From NCBI GenBank assembly GCA_022649135.1, contig JALCNP010000006.1:31379-95378 (forward strand): DNA of 64,000 nucleotides, given 5' to 3'. Within the stretch, counting starts at the first letter, position 1; every line of letters starts with the position of its first letter. The translations under genes were made by a program, and so were the position numbers. Shown here in pieces: positions 20,832 through 29,998 of the stretch. The notes beneath the pieces were generated by a model. That model had not been told where the DNA came from. It saw only the letters and a program-made list of their open reading frames with translations, and did no database searches. Source of the stretch: Bifidobacterium sp. GTDB taxonomy: Bacteria; Actinomycetota; Actinomycetes; Actinomycetales; Bifidobacteriaceae.

Positions 20832-21327
20832 CCGCCGTCGTGCACATCCACCGGCTTCCCATACGTCTGAGCACCAGGGAGGTCCAATGATGCAAATCGC
20901 CGATCATGACGTGAACCGATATCTCCAGGGTGTCCGGGCTGATGATCATTCCATTGATCATCCTGGGAATCACGGGAAGCACGCACATCTTCCTGCGAAG
21001 GGCCGAATCCGTCCTCATATGGTTGAGCATCAGCAGGGACAGGGTTTCCAGCCGCTTGATGCAGACCGAGGTCATGAGCCGTCGCAGTATCATGCTGCTG
21101 ATTTTCCCGCGCGACACATCCAAGGCCATGCACGCTATCCGGCAGGCGGACATGGCGATCTCCCTGCATTCCTCGTCGCCGATCTCCCCGAGGAAACACC
21201 GCGAGAAATGGTATCTCACCGGCATCAGGGACAGCTCGACCGGTATCGTTCCATCATGGCACGGCAGCGCGCGTTTCCTCTGCATTGCGAATGGTCTCGT
21301 CTCCTCCATTGCCTCAACCCCCTCCAT
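20821..21327 (-). CDS. hypothetical protein, Cys/Met-rich, no family recognised
   Basis: The ATG at 21327 is preceded by GGAGGG with a 6-nt spacer. The third-codon position was about 75% G+C in a 60-nt sample. It fills the guaB3-to-fadD gap. The opposite-strand frame shares the same third position, so the strand call rests on the SD and on gene packing. Confidence 0.55.
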   Translation of the reverse strand: MEGVEAMEETRPFAMQRKRALPCHDGTIPVELSLMPVRYHFSRCFLGEIGDEECREIAMSACRIACMALDVSRGKISSMILRRLMTSVCIKRLETLSLLMLNHMRTDSALRRKMCVLPVIPRMINGMIISPDTLEISVHVMIGDLHHWTSLVLRRMGSRWMCTTADVG

Positions 21328-21517
21328 TGATTGCCCTCCCCCATCAGGAACGGCGGCACGATGCCGCGGACTCCCGGGTGGCCGACGGGTCGCCTGTGAC
21401 CGCCGGTTCCTCAAGGACAACACAACAATCCCGTCGAGTCAAACAGACTCGACGGGATTGTGGATAACTGGTGGGATGTCGTTCAGCCGCGCGTCGCCAC
21501 GGTTTCCGTGCATCCTG

Positions 21518-22642
21518 TCAACGATGCGCGCTGGGGGTGACGACCACGCCGCACCGTTGGAAGTTCTTGACATCGACATAGCCGGTCGATGCCATCGCCC
21601 TGCGCAGGGCACCGATGAAATTCGTCTTCCCATCGGCCTGGTGGCTCGGCCCGAACAGTATCTGCTCAAGGGACCCCACCGTGCCGACATCGGAGCGGTA
21701 CCCTCGCGGGAGTGTCTGGTGGCGGGCCTCCGAACCCCAATGGGTTCCCTGGCCGGGAGCTTCGGTCGCCCGGGCCAACGGGGCCCCGAGCATGACCGCA
21801 TCGGCCCCCAGGGCCAGCGCCTTGACAAAGCTCCCCGACGTTCCCACGCCGCCATCGGCTATCACCTGGACATAGCGGCCGCCGGACTCGTCCATGTAGT
21901 CGCGTCGGGCCTCCGCGACATCCGCGATCGCCGTGGCCATCGGGGCGTGAACCCCGATCGTGCTTCGTGTCGCCGACACCGCGCCGCCGCCGAACCCGAC
22001 AAGCACCCCGGCCGCCCCCGTGCGCATAAGGTGCAATGCGGCCGTGTAGTTGGCGGCACCGCCGACGATGACGGGAACGTCCAGATCGTAGATGAACTTC
22101 CTGAGATCCAGGGGCTCATGGCTTGTGGACACATGCTCGGCGGACACAGCGGTACCGCGGATGATGAAAAGATCCACGCCGGCCTCCACCACCGTCGAGT
22201 AGAAACGCTGCGTCTGCTGAGGGGACAACGCCCCAGCCACCGTGACGCCGGAGTCCCTGATCTCATGAAGGCGCTGTGTTATCAGCTCGGGCTTAACCGG
22301 TTCAGAATAAATCTTCTGTATGCGCTCCGTGGCCTTGTCCGAAGGCAGATGCGCTATCTCGTCAAGAAGAGGCCGAGGATCCTCGTAGCGCGTCCACAAT
22401 CCCTCCAGGTCGAGGACCCCCAAGGCGCCCATCTTTCCGATCGCAATGGCGGTGGCGGGACTCGTCACCGAATCCATCGGAGCCGAGATGACGGGGATGT
22501 CGAACTCGTACGCGTCGACCTGCCACGACGTGGAGACATCCTGCGGATCACGGGTGCGGCGAGCAGGAACAATGGACACATCGTCGAGCGAATACGCCAA
22601 ACGACCCTTTTTGCCCAAACCGATTTCAATTTCCTGAGACAT
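21518..22642 (-). CDS. GuaB3-type IMP dehydrogenase-related protein (no CBS insert)
   Basis: 374 aa with an IMPDH/GMPR barrel (DIPVISAPMDSVTSP, GGVGTSG). Its length and lack of CBS domains fit the actinobacterial GuaB3 class. Confidence 0.88.
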   Translation of the reverse strand: MSQEIEIGLGKKGRLAYSLDDVSIVPARRTRDPQDVSTSWQVDAYEFDIPVISAPMDSVTSPATAIAIGKMGALGVLDLEGLWTRYEDPRPLLDEIAHLPSDKATERIQKIYSEPVKPELITQRLHEIRDSGVTVAGALSPQQTQRFYSTVVEAGVDLFIIRGTAVSAEHVSTSHEPLDLRKFIYDLDVPVIVGGAANYTAALHLMRTGAAGVLVGFGGGAVSATRSTIGVHAPMATAIADVAEARRDYMDESGGRYVQVIADGGVGTSGSFVKALALGADAVMLGAPLARATEAPGQGTHWGSEARHQTLPRGYRSDVGTVGSLEQILFGPSHQADGKTNFIGALRRAMASTGYVDVKNFQRCGVVVTPSAHR

Positions 22643-22789
22643 GCCTCTAGGCTAATGCCGGGCAATGACGGGCGCGGATCCCTCGGGTCGGGCAAAGCCG
22701 GGGAACGGCTTCGGGGACAAACACCCCATCGGGGAACCGGAGACGGGCGAGCTCTCCCGATGTGGTCCCCGGGCTCGATATGGCGCACG

Positions 22790-22814
22790 GCACCATTACA
22801 ATGGTGCGTTGACA
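22790..22814 (+). promoter_or_regulatory. 18-bp perfect palindrome GCACCATT-AC-AATGGTGC followed after 1 nt by a consensus TTGACA
   Basis: The palindrome spans 22790-22807 and TTGACA spans 22809-22814. It lies in the divergent guaB3/icd spacer, 53-77 nt upstream of the icd ATG. I found no convincing -10 at 17-nt spacing. Confidence 0.35.
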
Positions 22815-22866
22815 CCTGCACATACGAGACGCAACGACCCCTTCAATCCAGAAAAGGACATAGCAC

Positions 22867-24084
22867 ATGGCCAAGATCACAGTCAAAGGAACGGTCGTCG
22901 AACTCGACGGCGACGAAATGACACGAGTCATCTGGAAGGATATCAAAAATCGTCTGATCCTTCCCTATCTCGGCATGGATATCGATTACTACGATCTGGG
23001 CATAGAGAACCGCGACGCGACCGACGACCAGGTGACCATCGATGCCGCCGAGGCCATCAAACGCGAACACGTCGGAGTCAAATGCGCGACGATAACGCCG
23101 GACGAGGCGCGCGTCAAGGAATTCGGTCTCAAGAAAATGTGGAAGTCCCCCAACGGAACGATCCGCAACATCCTCGGAGGCACGATTTTCCGCGAGCCCA
23201 TCGTTATCTCCAACGTCCCCAGACTGGTGCCGGGCTGGACCAAGCCCATCATCGTGGCGAGACACGCCTTCGGCGACCAATACAAGGCGACCGATTTCAA
23301 AGTCGACCGTCCCGGGAGGCTCACCGTCACCTTCACGCCCGACGATGGCAGTTCGCCGACCGAGCATGTCGTCTATGACTACCCGGGAGCCGGCGTGGCG
23401 CAGGTGCAGTACAATCTCGCCGATTCGATACGAGGATTCGCCCGCGCGTGCTTCAACTACGGTCTTCTGCGGCACTACCCGGTCTATCTGTCCACGAAGA
23501 ACACGATTCTCAAGGCGTATGACGGCGAATTCAAGGATATCTTCGCCTCCGTCTTCGAAACGGAATACAGGAAGCGCTACGAGGAGGAGGGCCTGACCTA
23601 TGAGCATCGCCTGATCGACGACATGGTCGCCAGCTCCTTGAAATGGCACGGCGGCTACGTGTGGGCGTGCAAGAACTACGACGGGGACGTGCAGTCGGAC
23701 ACCGTTGCGCAGGGGTTCGGCTCCCTGGGCCTGATGACATCGGTTCTGATGACGCCCGACGGCAGAACCGTGGAGGCGGAAGCCGCCCATGGGACGGTGA
23801 CGCGGCATTACCGTCGCTGGCAGAAGGGCGAAAAGACCTCGACGAATCCGATTGCGTCGATCTATGCATGGACCGGCGCACTCAAGCACCGTGCGTCGCT
23901 TGATGGGACCCCCGAGGTCTCCCATTTTGCGGACACCCTGGAAAAGGTGATCGTCTCAACCGTGGAATCCGGCAGCATGACGAAGGACCTGGCGATGCTC
24001 ATCTCCCCCGACCAGCCATGGCTGGACACCGAGGGCTTCATGGACGTCCTCGCCGAAAGGCTGGCACGGGCGCTGGGGGAATAG
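22867..24084 (+). CDS. icd: NADP-dependent isocitrate dehydrogenase (eukaryotic-type homodimeric subfamily)
   Basis: 405 aa. Contains [14 protein letters not shown]...KCATITPDE...[15 protein letters not shown], typical of the IDH1-like subfamily. Confidence 0.95.
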   Translation: MAKITVKGTVVELDGDEMTRVIWKDIKNRLILPYLGMDIDYYDLGIENRDATDDQVTIDAAEAIKREHVGVKCATITPDEARVKEFGLKKMWKSPNGTIRNILGGTIFREPIVISNVPRLVPGWTKPIIVARHAFGDQYKATDFKVDRPGRLTVTFTPDDGSSPTEHVVYDYPGAGVAQVQYNLADSIRGFARACFNYGLLRHYPVYLSTKNTILKAYDGEFKDIFASVFETEYRKRYEEEGLTYEHRLIDDMVASSLKWHGGYVWACKNYDGDVQSDTVAQGFGSLGLMTSVLMTPDGRTVEAEAAHGTVTRHYRRWQKGEKTSTNPIASIYAWTGALKHRASLDGTPEVSHFADTLEKVIVSTVESGSMTKDLAMLISPDQPWLDTEGFMDVLAERLARALGE

Positions 24085-24099
24085 GCTTCGACCACCCGT

Positions 24100-24137
24100 G
24101 GGAGCGCACTCCGGGCACAGCGCGCTCCCCGTTTTCG
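24100..24137 (+). terminator. intrinsic terminator after icd
   Basis: GGGAGCGC (24100-24107) pairs with GCGCTCCC (24122-24129) and is followed by CGTTTTCG. Confidence 0.6.
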
Positions 24138-24252
24138 AAAGGCGGGGGCGCCCGCTGCGGCAATGATGTCGACGGAGCGGCGCCCCCGCGCATGGCCCGT
24201 GCTATTAGAATCGTTCTCGGCATAGTCGAGCAATCATCGAGGGGTATCATCC

Positions 24253-25821
24253 ATGACGACACGAAGCAACCACATCATCAGACGGCTGACGGCGCTGATG
24301 ACGGCGCTGGGCCTGCTGTCCCTTGCCGCGTGCACGTCGTCATCAGCGGGATCCGGGGCTTCGGCCTCGTCAACCTCCACGACGCGGGAGTCGGAGGAGG
24401 TCGCGCTGTTCACCCCTTCGGATGGCATAACCATCACGCAGCACACCCCCCTGAACAAGTGGGCGCAGCTGAACGAATCCATCACCGATTCGCTGCGCAG
24501 CCACGGCATGCAATCCTCCCGGATCCACACCAAGACGTCGAACAGTCTCGAGTCCCAGAGCAGAAGCATTCAGGACTATGTGGTCGATAAGGCGGCCTCC
24601 TCGACGCATTCGGCCTCGAACGACTCCCCTTCGCAATCCGGCGGCATCGCCTCGTCGACGCGGGAGACCCTTATAGTCGCCCCCGTCGCCGTGTCCGACG
24701 ACGCCTCGCGACAATACGGCGACTATGCAAGCCATCCCGTGTCATGGAAAAGCGCGGCACGGGCATCGGACGTCGACGCGCAGAGCCAGGCGGCGGTGCG
24801 CGAAGCCGGGGAACGGCTCGTGACCGCGCTGCAGCTGGCGAGGGACAACGGGATGCACGTCATCATTCTGGCGAATCCCGTGCAGGGCTTCACCCCGGAT
24901 CTTTTCGTTCAGATGTCGACGGCGGAGCAGATCGGTGAGGTCCAGGCCAAGAAGCTTGTCAGCAAGCTTGCTCTGGACAAGGTCTCGGCGACAAGCCCGA
25001 AGTCGATTGAGATGCTGTTGCCCTATGACTCCACGCAGGCGGGAGAGGCGCAGGGAAGCGCGTCGTTCGCGAAACAGGCGTTCGCGGGAGCCTGGTCCGT
25101 TCTGCGGCCGTATTTCAAAGCGGGTAAGGCGGTGAGCCCCTCGGGAACGCTGACGGCCGACACCACCGACTCGGATTGGATGTCAGTTGCCTTCACGGCC
25201 ACGAAAACCGAGCAAATCACCAGCGTGGTGAGCAAGCGCCTTGGCATGACCGGCAAAAGCGACCCCCGCACCACGATCGACGGCGTGCTGGCCATGAACG
25301 ATTTCGTCGCCTCGGGAGTGGTGGAGGAACTGGGGAATCTGGGGTATACGGGAACCGCGGCCGATGTCAACCCGTCGATCTCCATCATGGGGATTATGGA
25401 CAACATCGCCGGGAAGCGCGATCTCGCCAAGAAGGCCGTTCCCGAACCGCTCAGGAAGGAGGATGGCTCCGAAACGTCCAGGAACGGTTCCTCGTCGTCC
25501 GCGACGGGGACGACGAAAACCAATTGGCCCATCGTCACGGGATACGGAGCATACATCGACAGCATCCCGGACATCGTCAACGGGCAGCAGTGGATGACGG
25601 CGCTGGAGAATCGCGTGAAAATCGGCGATGATGTCGCCAGGGCGTGCATTCTGCTTGATGGGGGGAAGACGCTGCATTCCCTGAAATCCGTTTCATCGGT
25701 TTCGATCAACGGAGTGAAGACGCCGACGTCCCGCGAACCGCTGCTTTCCATCAGCGCAAGCAATCTCAAACGCACGTTGATCGATGCCGGCTACATCTCG
25801 CTTGCCGATGCGGGACTGTAA
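24253..25821 (+). CDS. sugar-binding lipoprotein, type-I periplasmic-binding fold (ChvE/xylose-binding-like), with Ser-rich insertions
   Basis: Lipobox LSLAAC near the N-terminus. PIVTGYGAY and the C-terminal region resemble ChvE-type monosaccharide binders. At 522 aa it is much longer than typical binders (about 350 aa). Confidence 0.7.
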   Translation: MTTRSNHIIRRLTALMTALGLLSLAACTSSSAGSGASASSTSTTRESEEVALFTPSDGITITQHTPLNKWAQLNESITDSLRSHGMQSSRIHTKTSNSLESQSRSIQDYVVDKAASSTHSASNDSPSQSGGIASSTRETLIVAPVAVSDDASRQYGDYASHPVSWKSAARASDVDAQSQAAVREAGERLVTALQLARDNGMHVIILANPVQGFTPDLFVQMSTAEQIGEVQAKKLVSKLALDKVSATSPKSIEMLLPYDSTQAGEAQGSASFAKQAFAGAWSVLRPYFKAGKAVSPSGTLTADTTDSDWMSVAFTATKTEQITSVVSKRLGMTGKSDPRTTIDGVLAMNDFVASGVVEELGNLGYTGTAADVNPSISIMGIMDNIAGKRDLAKKAVPEPLRKEDGSETSRNGSSSSATGTTKTNWPIVTGYGAYIDSIPDIVNGQQWMTALENRVKIGDDVARACILLDGGKTLHSLKSVSSVSINGVKTPTSREPLLSISASNLKRTLIDAGYISLADAGL

Positions 25822-25840
25822 AAAGCGGGTCCGATCGGCT

Positions 25841-25892
25841 TCATGATGCACGGCGGGACCATGGGGATCGAAGATCCCGCCGTGCATCATGA
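25841..25892. terminator. bidirectional terminator hairpin between convergent genes
   Basis: Perfect 18-bp stem: TCATGATGCACGGCGGGA (25841-25858) pairs with TCCCGCCGTGCATCATGA (25875-25892), with a 16-nt loop. It lies between the sugar-binder stop (25821) and the acyl-CoA ligase stop (25904). Confidence 0.65.
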
Positions 25893-25903
25893 TCGCATGC
25901 GTC

Positions 25904-27736
25904 CTACGCCTGTTTGCTCTCGCCTTTCTTTCTCGGCACGTAGATCACGGTGTCGATGAGTTTGCGGTAATGGTCGGTGACGGCCTCGCGCCGCGCCTTC
26001 ATGCTGGGGGTGACCATGCCGTTGCTTTCGGTGAATTCGTCGGGGACGATTTCGAATTTTCGGATGGACTCCGCCCTGGAAACGAGCTCGTTCGCCTTGT
26101 TGACGGCACGATCGACTTCCGCGTAGACGATGGGATTGCGACTCGCCTGTTCCAGGCTGTTCACCGGCTCCGCGCCCTGGGCCTTGAGCCAGAGGTTGGT
26201 CTCCGCAAGGTCGAGGGACACTATCGCCGCGATGAAGGGCTTGCGGTCGCCGACGACCACGCACTGGTTCACCACGGGCGACGTCATCACCGATGCCTCC
26301 ATCTCGGCCGACGAAACGTTCTTTCCTCCGGCGGTGATGATCAGATCCTTCTTCCGCCCGGTGATGCTGACGAATCCGTTCTGGTCGATGGATCCGAGAT
26401 CACCGGTGTGCAGCCACCCGTCTACGATCTGACGCTTGGTGATTTCCGGATGGTTGTGGTATCCAACGCATACGGCCCGGCTTTTTATGCACAGCTCGCC
26501 ATCGTCATCGACCCCGAAGGACACTCCCTGCAGTGGTATTCCAATGGTCCCGATCCTGTAGCCCACCGTGGGGTTGACGCTTGCCGGGGCGGATGTTTCG
26601 GTCATGCCATAGCCCTCGAGGAGGGGAAGCCCGACGCCATTGAAGAAATGCGCTATCGAGGCGTCCATCGGGGCTCCGCCGGAAACCGCGTATTCGACCG
26701 AACCGCCGAACACCTCCATAATCGATGTGTACACGACCTTTTTGTACAATGCGTGCTGAATCGTCAGTCGGGCGGGGACTGCGCCATGGGCCTGCTGGGC
26801 GACGGACCACTTCCTGGCCAGCTCGCTCGCCCCGATGAAGATCTTTCCCTTCAGACCGCGGCCGGCCTTCTGAGAGGCGGCATTGTATATCTTTTCGAAG
26901 ATGCGCGGCACGGCAAGGATGAAGGTGGGTTTGAAGGCGCTGAAATCGGCGAGAATCGTTTTCAGATTGCTGGACAGACCGAGTGTGACGTTGCCGGCGA
27001 AGGAGAAGAACTGCATGTATCGGGCGAAGACGTGCGCCAGCGGAAGGAACAGAAGCAGGCGTCTATTGGGTTTCAGGGCGATGTCCGGCATGGATTGCAC
27101 GCCGGAATAGGTGATGAATACGAAGTTGGAATGGGACAGCTCGATGCCCTTGGGGGTCCCGGTCGATCCCGATGTGTAAACGATTGTGGCGAGATCGTCG
27201 CCTTTGACCGCGCGCTCACGCTCGTAGAACTCCTCGTCGCTGACGCCTCGTCCAAATTCCGTAATCGTGTCCACGGCCCCGAGATTGATTACATAGAGAT
27301 CGCGCAGAGACGGGCATTCGTCGCGGACCAATTCGATTTTGTCACGTTGCCCGTCGTCCTCCGCGAACGCCATCGTCACGTGGGAGTCATTGAAGATCAT
27401 GCTGATCTGGGCCGGCGAATTCGTCTCGTATACGGGAACGGTGAGGGCGCCGATGGACATGATGGCCATGTCGAGTGCGGTCCACTGCCATGAGGTGTGG
27501 GCGATGATGGACACGGCGTCCCCCGGCATGATCCCCCGCGCGATGAGTCCCTTCGCGAGCGCAACGACCTTGTCGCGGAATTCGCGGGCGGTGAACGACT
27601 CCCACGCACCCTCGTCCCCCACGTACTCGATAAGGGAACCGTCGGGAGCGCGTTTCACTCGTTCCTCCAGAATGGAGAACAGATTCCTGTCGCTGTCTAT
27701 CGGCTGTTCCAATGGTGTGGTGTATTCCGTGCGCAT
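25904..27736 (-). CDS. long-chain fatty-acid--CoA ligase (second FadD15-like paralog)
   Basis: Contains IVYTSGSTGTPKGI, GYGMTET and TGDLG. 610 aa. Confidence 0.92.
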   Translation of the reverse strand: MRTEYTTPLEQPIDSDRNLFSILEERVKRAPDGSLIEYVGDEGAWESFTAREFRDKVVALAKGLIARGIMPGDAVSIIAHTSWQWTALDMAIMSIGALTVPVYETNSPAQISMIFNDSHVTMAFAEDDGQRDKIELVRDECPSLRDLYVINLGAVDTITEFGRGVSDEEFYERERAVKGDDLATIVYTSGSTGTPKGIELSHSNFVFITYSGVQSMPDIALKPNRRLLLFLPLAHVFARYMQFFSFAGNVTLGLSSNLKTILADFSAFKPTFILAVPRIFEKIYNAASQKAGRGLKGKIFIGASELARKWSVAQQAHGAVPARLTIQHALYKKVVYTSIMEVFGGSVEYAVSGGAPMDASIAHFFNGVGLPLLEGYGMTETSAPASVNPTVGYRIGTIGIPLQGVSFGVDDDGELCIKSRAVCVGYHNHPEITKRQIVDGWLHTGDLGSIDQNGFVSITGRKKDLIITAGGKNVSSAEMEASVMTSPVVNQCVVVGDRKPFIAAIVSLDLAETNLWLKAQGAEPVNSLEQASRNPIVYAEVDRAVNKANELVSRAESIRKFEIVPDEFTESNGMVTPSMKARREAVTDHYRKLIDTVIYVPRKKGESKQA

Positions 27737-27806
27737 GACTCTCCCTGATGATGAAATCTTCCTATATGCAGCATATTACCGTCATCGGGCACCGATGTTT
27801 CATCGT

Positions 27807-28481
27807 CTATGGTTTTATCATGATTTTCCGCTGTTCGATCAGGGTGAGAGGATCGGTGTACTTACCCTCGGCGTCCTTCACCCCCCAGTGCACGCACCGG
27901 CCGCCGCAGTGGTCCGAGAATCCCTGGGCGACGGCGAACACATCGCCTTGGACGATATGAGAACCCACGGGAAGGGCGGACTGGGCGGGCTCGAACGTCG
28001 AGGTCAGCGATCCGTGCCGAATGGTGACGATGGATTTGTTGGCCACCATTCCGCGGAATGCGATTATTCCCTCGGCCGGAGCCAGCAGAGGCGTTGCGGA
28101 TATGCCTGGTCCACCGATGACGTTTCCCTCGGGCGTGGAGACATCGACCCCGCGATGCCCCGGGCTCCACTGTTCGGCGGGCGCATCAAAGGGCCGGACG
28201 ACAATGGCGTCCCGTAACGGAAGGGAGAATTGCGCCGCGCATCCTGCGCTCGACGTGTCCGAAGTGGGATCGCCCGTATCCTGGGACGCCAGGGCCGTGC
28301 CTGAATCCCAGGATGCTCCGACGAACGCCGTTGACAGGCATGCCGCCAGCAGACATGCCGCAAACACGATCCTCGTTCTCGTCGAGGCGCGATCCCTTCG
28401 CCCGTTCCACCACTGTCGTCGTTTTCTGCGCTCATTGGCGCGCTCAAGCTCCGTTGTGCGCATCGTCATGGCATCCCTCAT
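27807..28481 (-). CDS. M23 family metallopeptidase (secreted cell-wall hydrolase)
   Basis: N-terminal signal-anchor, then HRGVD and HWGV metal-binding motifs of LytM/M23 domains. Confidence 0.88.
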   Translation of the reverse strand: MRDAMTMRTTELERANERRKRRQWWNGRRDRASTRTRIVFAACLLAACLSTAFVGASWDSGTALASQDTGDPTSDTSSAGCAAQFSLPLRDAIVVRPFDAPAEQWSPGHRGVDVSTPEGNVIGGPGISATPLLAPAEGIIAFRGMVANKSIVTIRHGSLTSTFEPAQSALPVGSHIVQGDVFAVAQGFSDHCGGRCVHWGVKDAEGKYTDPLTLIEQRKIMIKP

Positions 28482-28638
28482 CTTTCGGCTGTAGCGTCCT
28501 GCTCACCCGTTCATCATCGTCGATACGGAAGGGCGGATGCCATCGGAACAATCCGATGTGGTCGAATGACGGCCCCTGCACCGCCAGTCCGCGTGTCGGG
28601 CGCCGTCCCCCCGTAGCGACGCATCCGATGACGCGCCT

Positions 28639-28711
28639 GCATCAGCCGGGCAGACAAGGGCGACGCCCCGTGGTTCATCCGGCGCTGGCAGCAATCCCAG
28701 CATCAGCCGGG
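28639..28711. repeat. 12-nt direct repeat GCATCAGCCGGG, two copies exactly 61 nt apart
   Basis: Copies at 28639-28650 and 28700-28711. On the minus strand each (CCCGGCUGAUGC) is followed 36-40 nt later by an ACGGGG(G) box. Confidence 0.8.
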
Positions 28712-28884
28712 GAGACGATGTCCCGACGTGATGGGACGACGCACGGAAGGATTCCGGCCGTGCCGTCGTGCTGCCCTGCCGGCGTGGCCACCGTGGTCCA
28801 GCCGACATCCGACCAGCCAGCATGCCAACCTGACGACCGTGCATCGCACCGCAACGCCACCGCCTCTCTTCCGTAAGCGACGGA

Positions 28885-28899
28885 TTTTTTTCCCCCCCC
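28885..28899. repeat. homopolymer tract T7C8
   Basis: T run at 28885-28891 followed immediately by a C run at 28892-28899, about 83 nt upstream of the yoaK ATG. This is unusual in a 60% GC genome. Confidence 0.9.
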
Positions 28900-28981
28900 A
28901 TCCAAGATTCGGGTCATGGTGCACACTGGACATATCGCCCCCGCCGGGCGACCACCATGAACCAAGGGAAGAGGCACGGCA

Positions 28982-29695
28982 ATGGCGTATCAGGCCACCA
29001 GCGAAAAAACGGCATTCGGAGCGCTGCTGACGATGGCGGCGGGAGGAATCGACGCTTACTCCTATCTTGCCCACGGCTCGGTTTTCTCCGGTCTGCAGAC
29101 GGGAAACCTCATTTTGCTGGGAATCAGCATCGGCCGGATGCAATGGATGCAGACGGTGCGCTACCTTGTTTCGGTCGCGGCCTTTGCGGCGGGGACCATA
29201 GCCGTTCGACTCATCCAGAAAACCGATTTCTTCGAGAAACGGACGGTTGTTCGCCAACGATGCGTTCTGCTCTACGAAATGGCCATACTGCTCGTCGTCG
29301 CCACGGCCAACGACGATATGCCCAGCTTCGCGACGACGATCCTGCTCTCCCTGGTCGCGGCCGCCGAACTGCAGGAGTTCCGCAGACTCAACAACGCGCC
29401 CTTCACCCCACTGATGATGACGGGGAACGTGAGAACGATATCCGAAAGTCTGCACGACTGGGTGAGATACGGAAATCTCGCGGCGAGAACTCGATTCGCG
29501 CGCACGTGCATGGTTCTCGCCGGATTCGTGTGCGGTGCCATACTCGTCGCCCTTCTTATCCCCCGTGCAGGATCGGCGTGCGTGCTGGTTCCATTTCTTG
29601 CCCTGTCGATAGCGCAGATGACGCTTCTGGGAAAGGAACGCGGACGGTCGCGGCCCCACATGGAGACGGGGAAGGACTCCGGCATCCACGCCTAG
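28982..29695 (+). CDS. YoaK family membrane protein (DUF1275)
   Basis: 237 aa, multi-TM, with AGGIDAYSYLAHGSVFSGLQTGNLILLG typical of DUF1275. Confidence 0.85.
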   Translation: MAYQATSEKTAFGALLTMAAGGIDAYSYLAHGSVFSGLQTGNLILLGISIGRMQWMQTVRYLVSVAAFAAGTIAVRLIQKTDFFEKRTVVRQRCVLLYEMAILLVVATANDDMPSFATTILLSLVAAAELQEFRRLNNAPFTPLMMTGNVRTISESLHDWVRYGNLAARTRFARTCMVLAGFVCGAILVALLIPRAGSACVLVPFLALSIAQMTLLGKERGRSRPHMETGKDSGIHA

Positions 29696-29778
29696 CGGCA
29701 CCCCGGCCCCCGCCGGAAACCATCGAATTGCGGGACCCTCGAAGAGCCCCGCACCGACACGCCACGAAACCACCCGTA

Positions 29779-29806
29779 TTGCGCTCCGCTGTTTTACGTG
29801 TAATAT
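29779..29806 (+). promoter_or_regulatory. candidate promoter for tRNA-Asn (-35 TTGCGC, 16 nt, -10 TAATAT)
   Basis: Hexamers at 29779-29784 and 29801-29806, about 43 nt upstream of the tRNA 5' end. Confidence 0.3.
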
Positions 29807-29848
29807 AAGTTTCTTGTGCGCGGTACACATTCCGGGCATACAGGACAT

Positions 29849-29924
<76 letters not shown>

Positions 29925-29963
29925 TACAGGTACATGCGCCGGATACATGCATGCACCATCGAA

Positions 29964-29998
29964 AAGAAGCGGATTCCTACAGGGGATTCGCTTCTTTT
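29964..29998 (+). terminator. intrinsic terminator after tRNA-Asn
   Basis: AAGAAGCGGATTCC (29964-29977) pairs with GGGGATTCGCTTCTT (29982-29996), with one mismatch and one G-U pair. A T-run follows to 29998. Confidence 0.6.

Noticed and set aside
18027-20870. Very long opposite-strand ORFs: 18027..20870 (+), 20930..22921 (+), 25889..27493 (+), 39584..41701 (+), 28703..29875 (-), 54831..56384 (+), 60827..62032 (-) and many shorter ones.
   Set aside because: Each lies antisense to a gene with clear family motifs. Their translations are Arg/Pro/Gly-rich with no motifs. Stop-free antisense frames are expected at about 60% GC. One of them (28703..29875) even runs through tRNA-Asn.
20881-21300. 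My initial impression that the orphan ORF region at 20.9-21.3 kb is a low-GC island.
   Set aside because: A hand count gave 241/420, which is about 57% GC and only marginally below the window average. This is not evidence of foreign origin.
28482-28860. The possibility that the M23-peptidase leader is a c-di-AMP (ydaO/yuaA-type) riboswitch.
   Set aside because: It has ACGGGG boxes and a pseudo-duplicated layout. However, I could not find the highly conserved CAGCUAAC(C/U) element or the (A/U)AAUC boxes in the right order on either strand. I keep it only as an unclassified structured-leader candidate.
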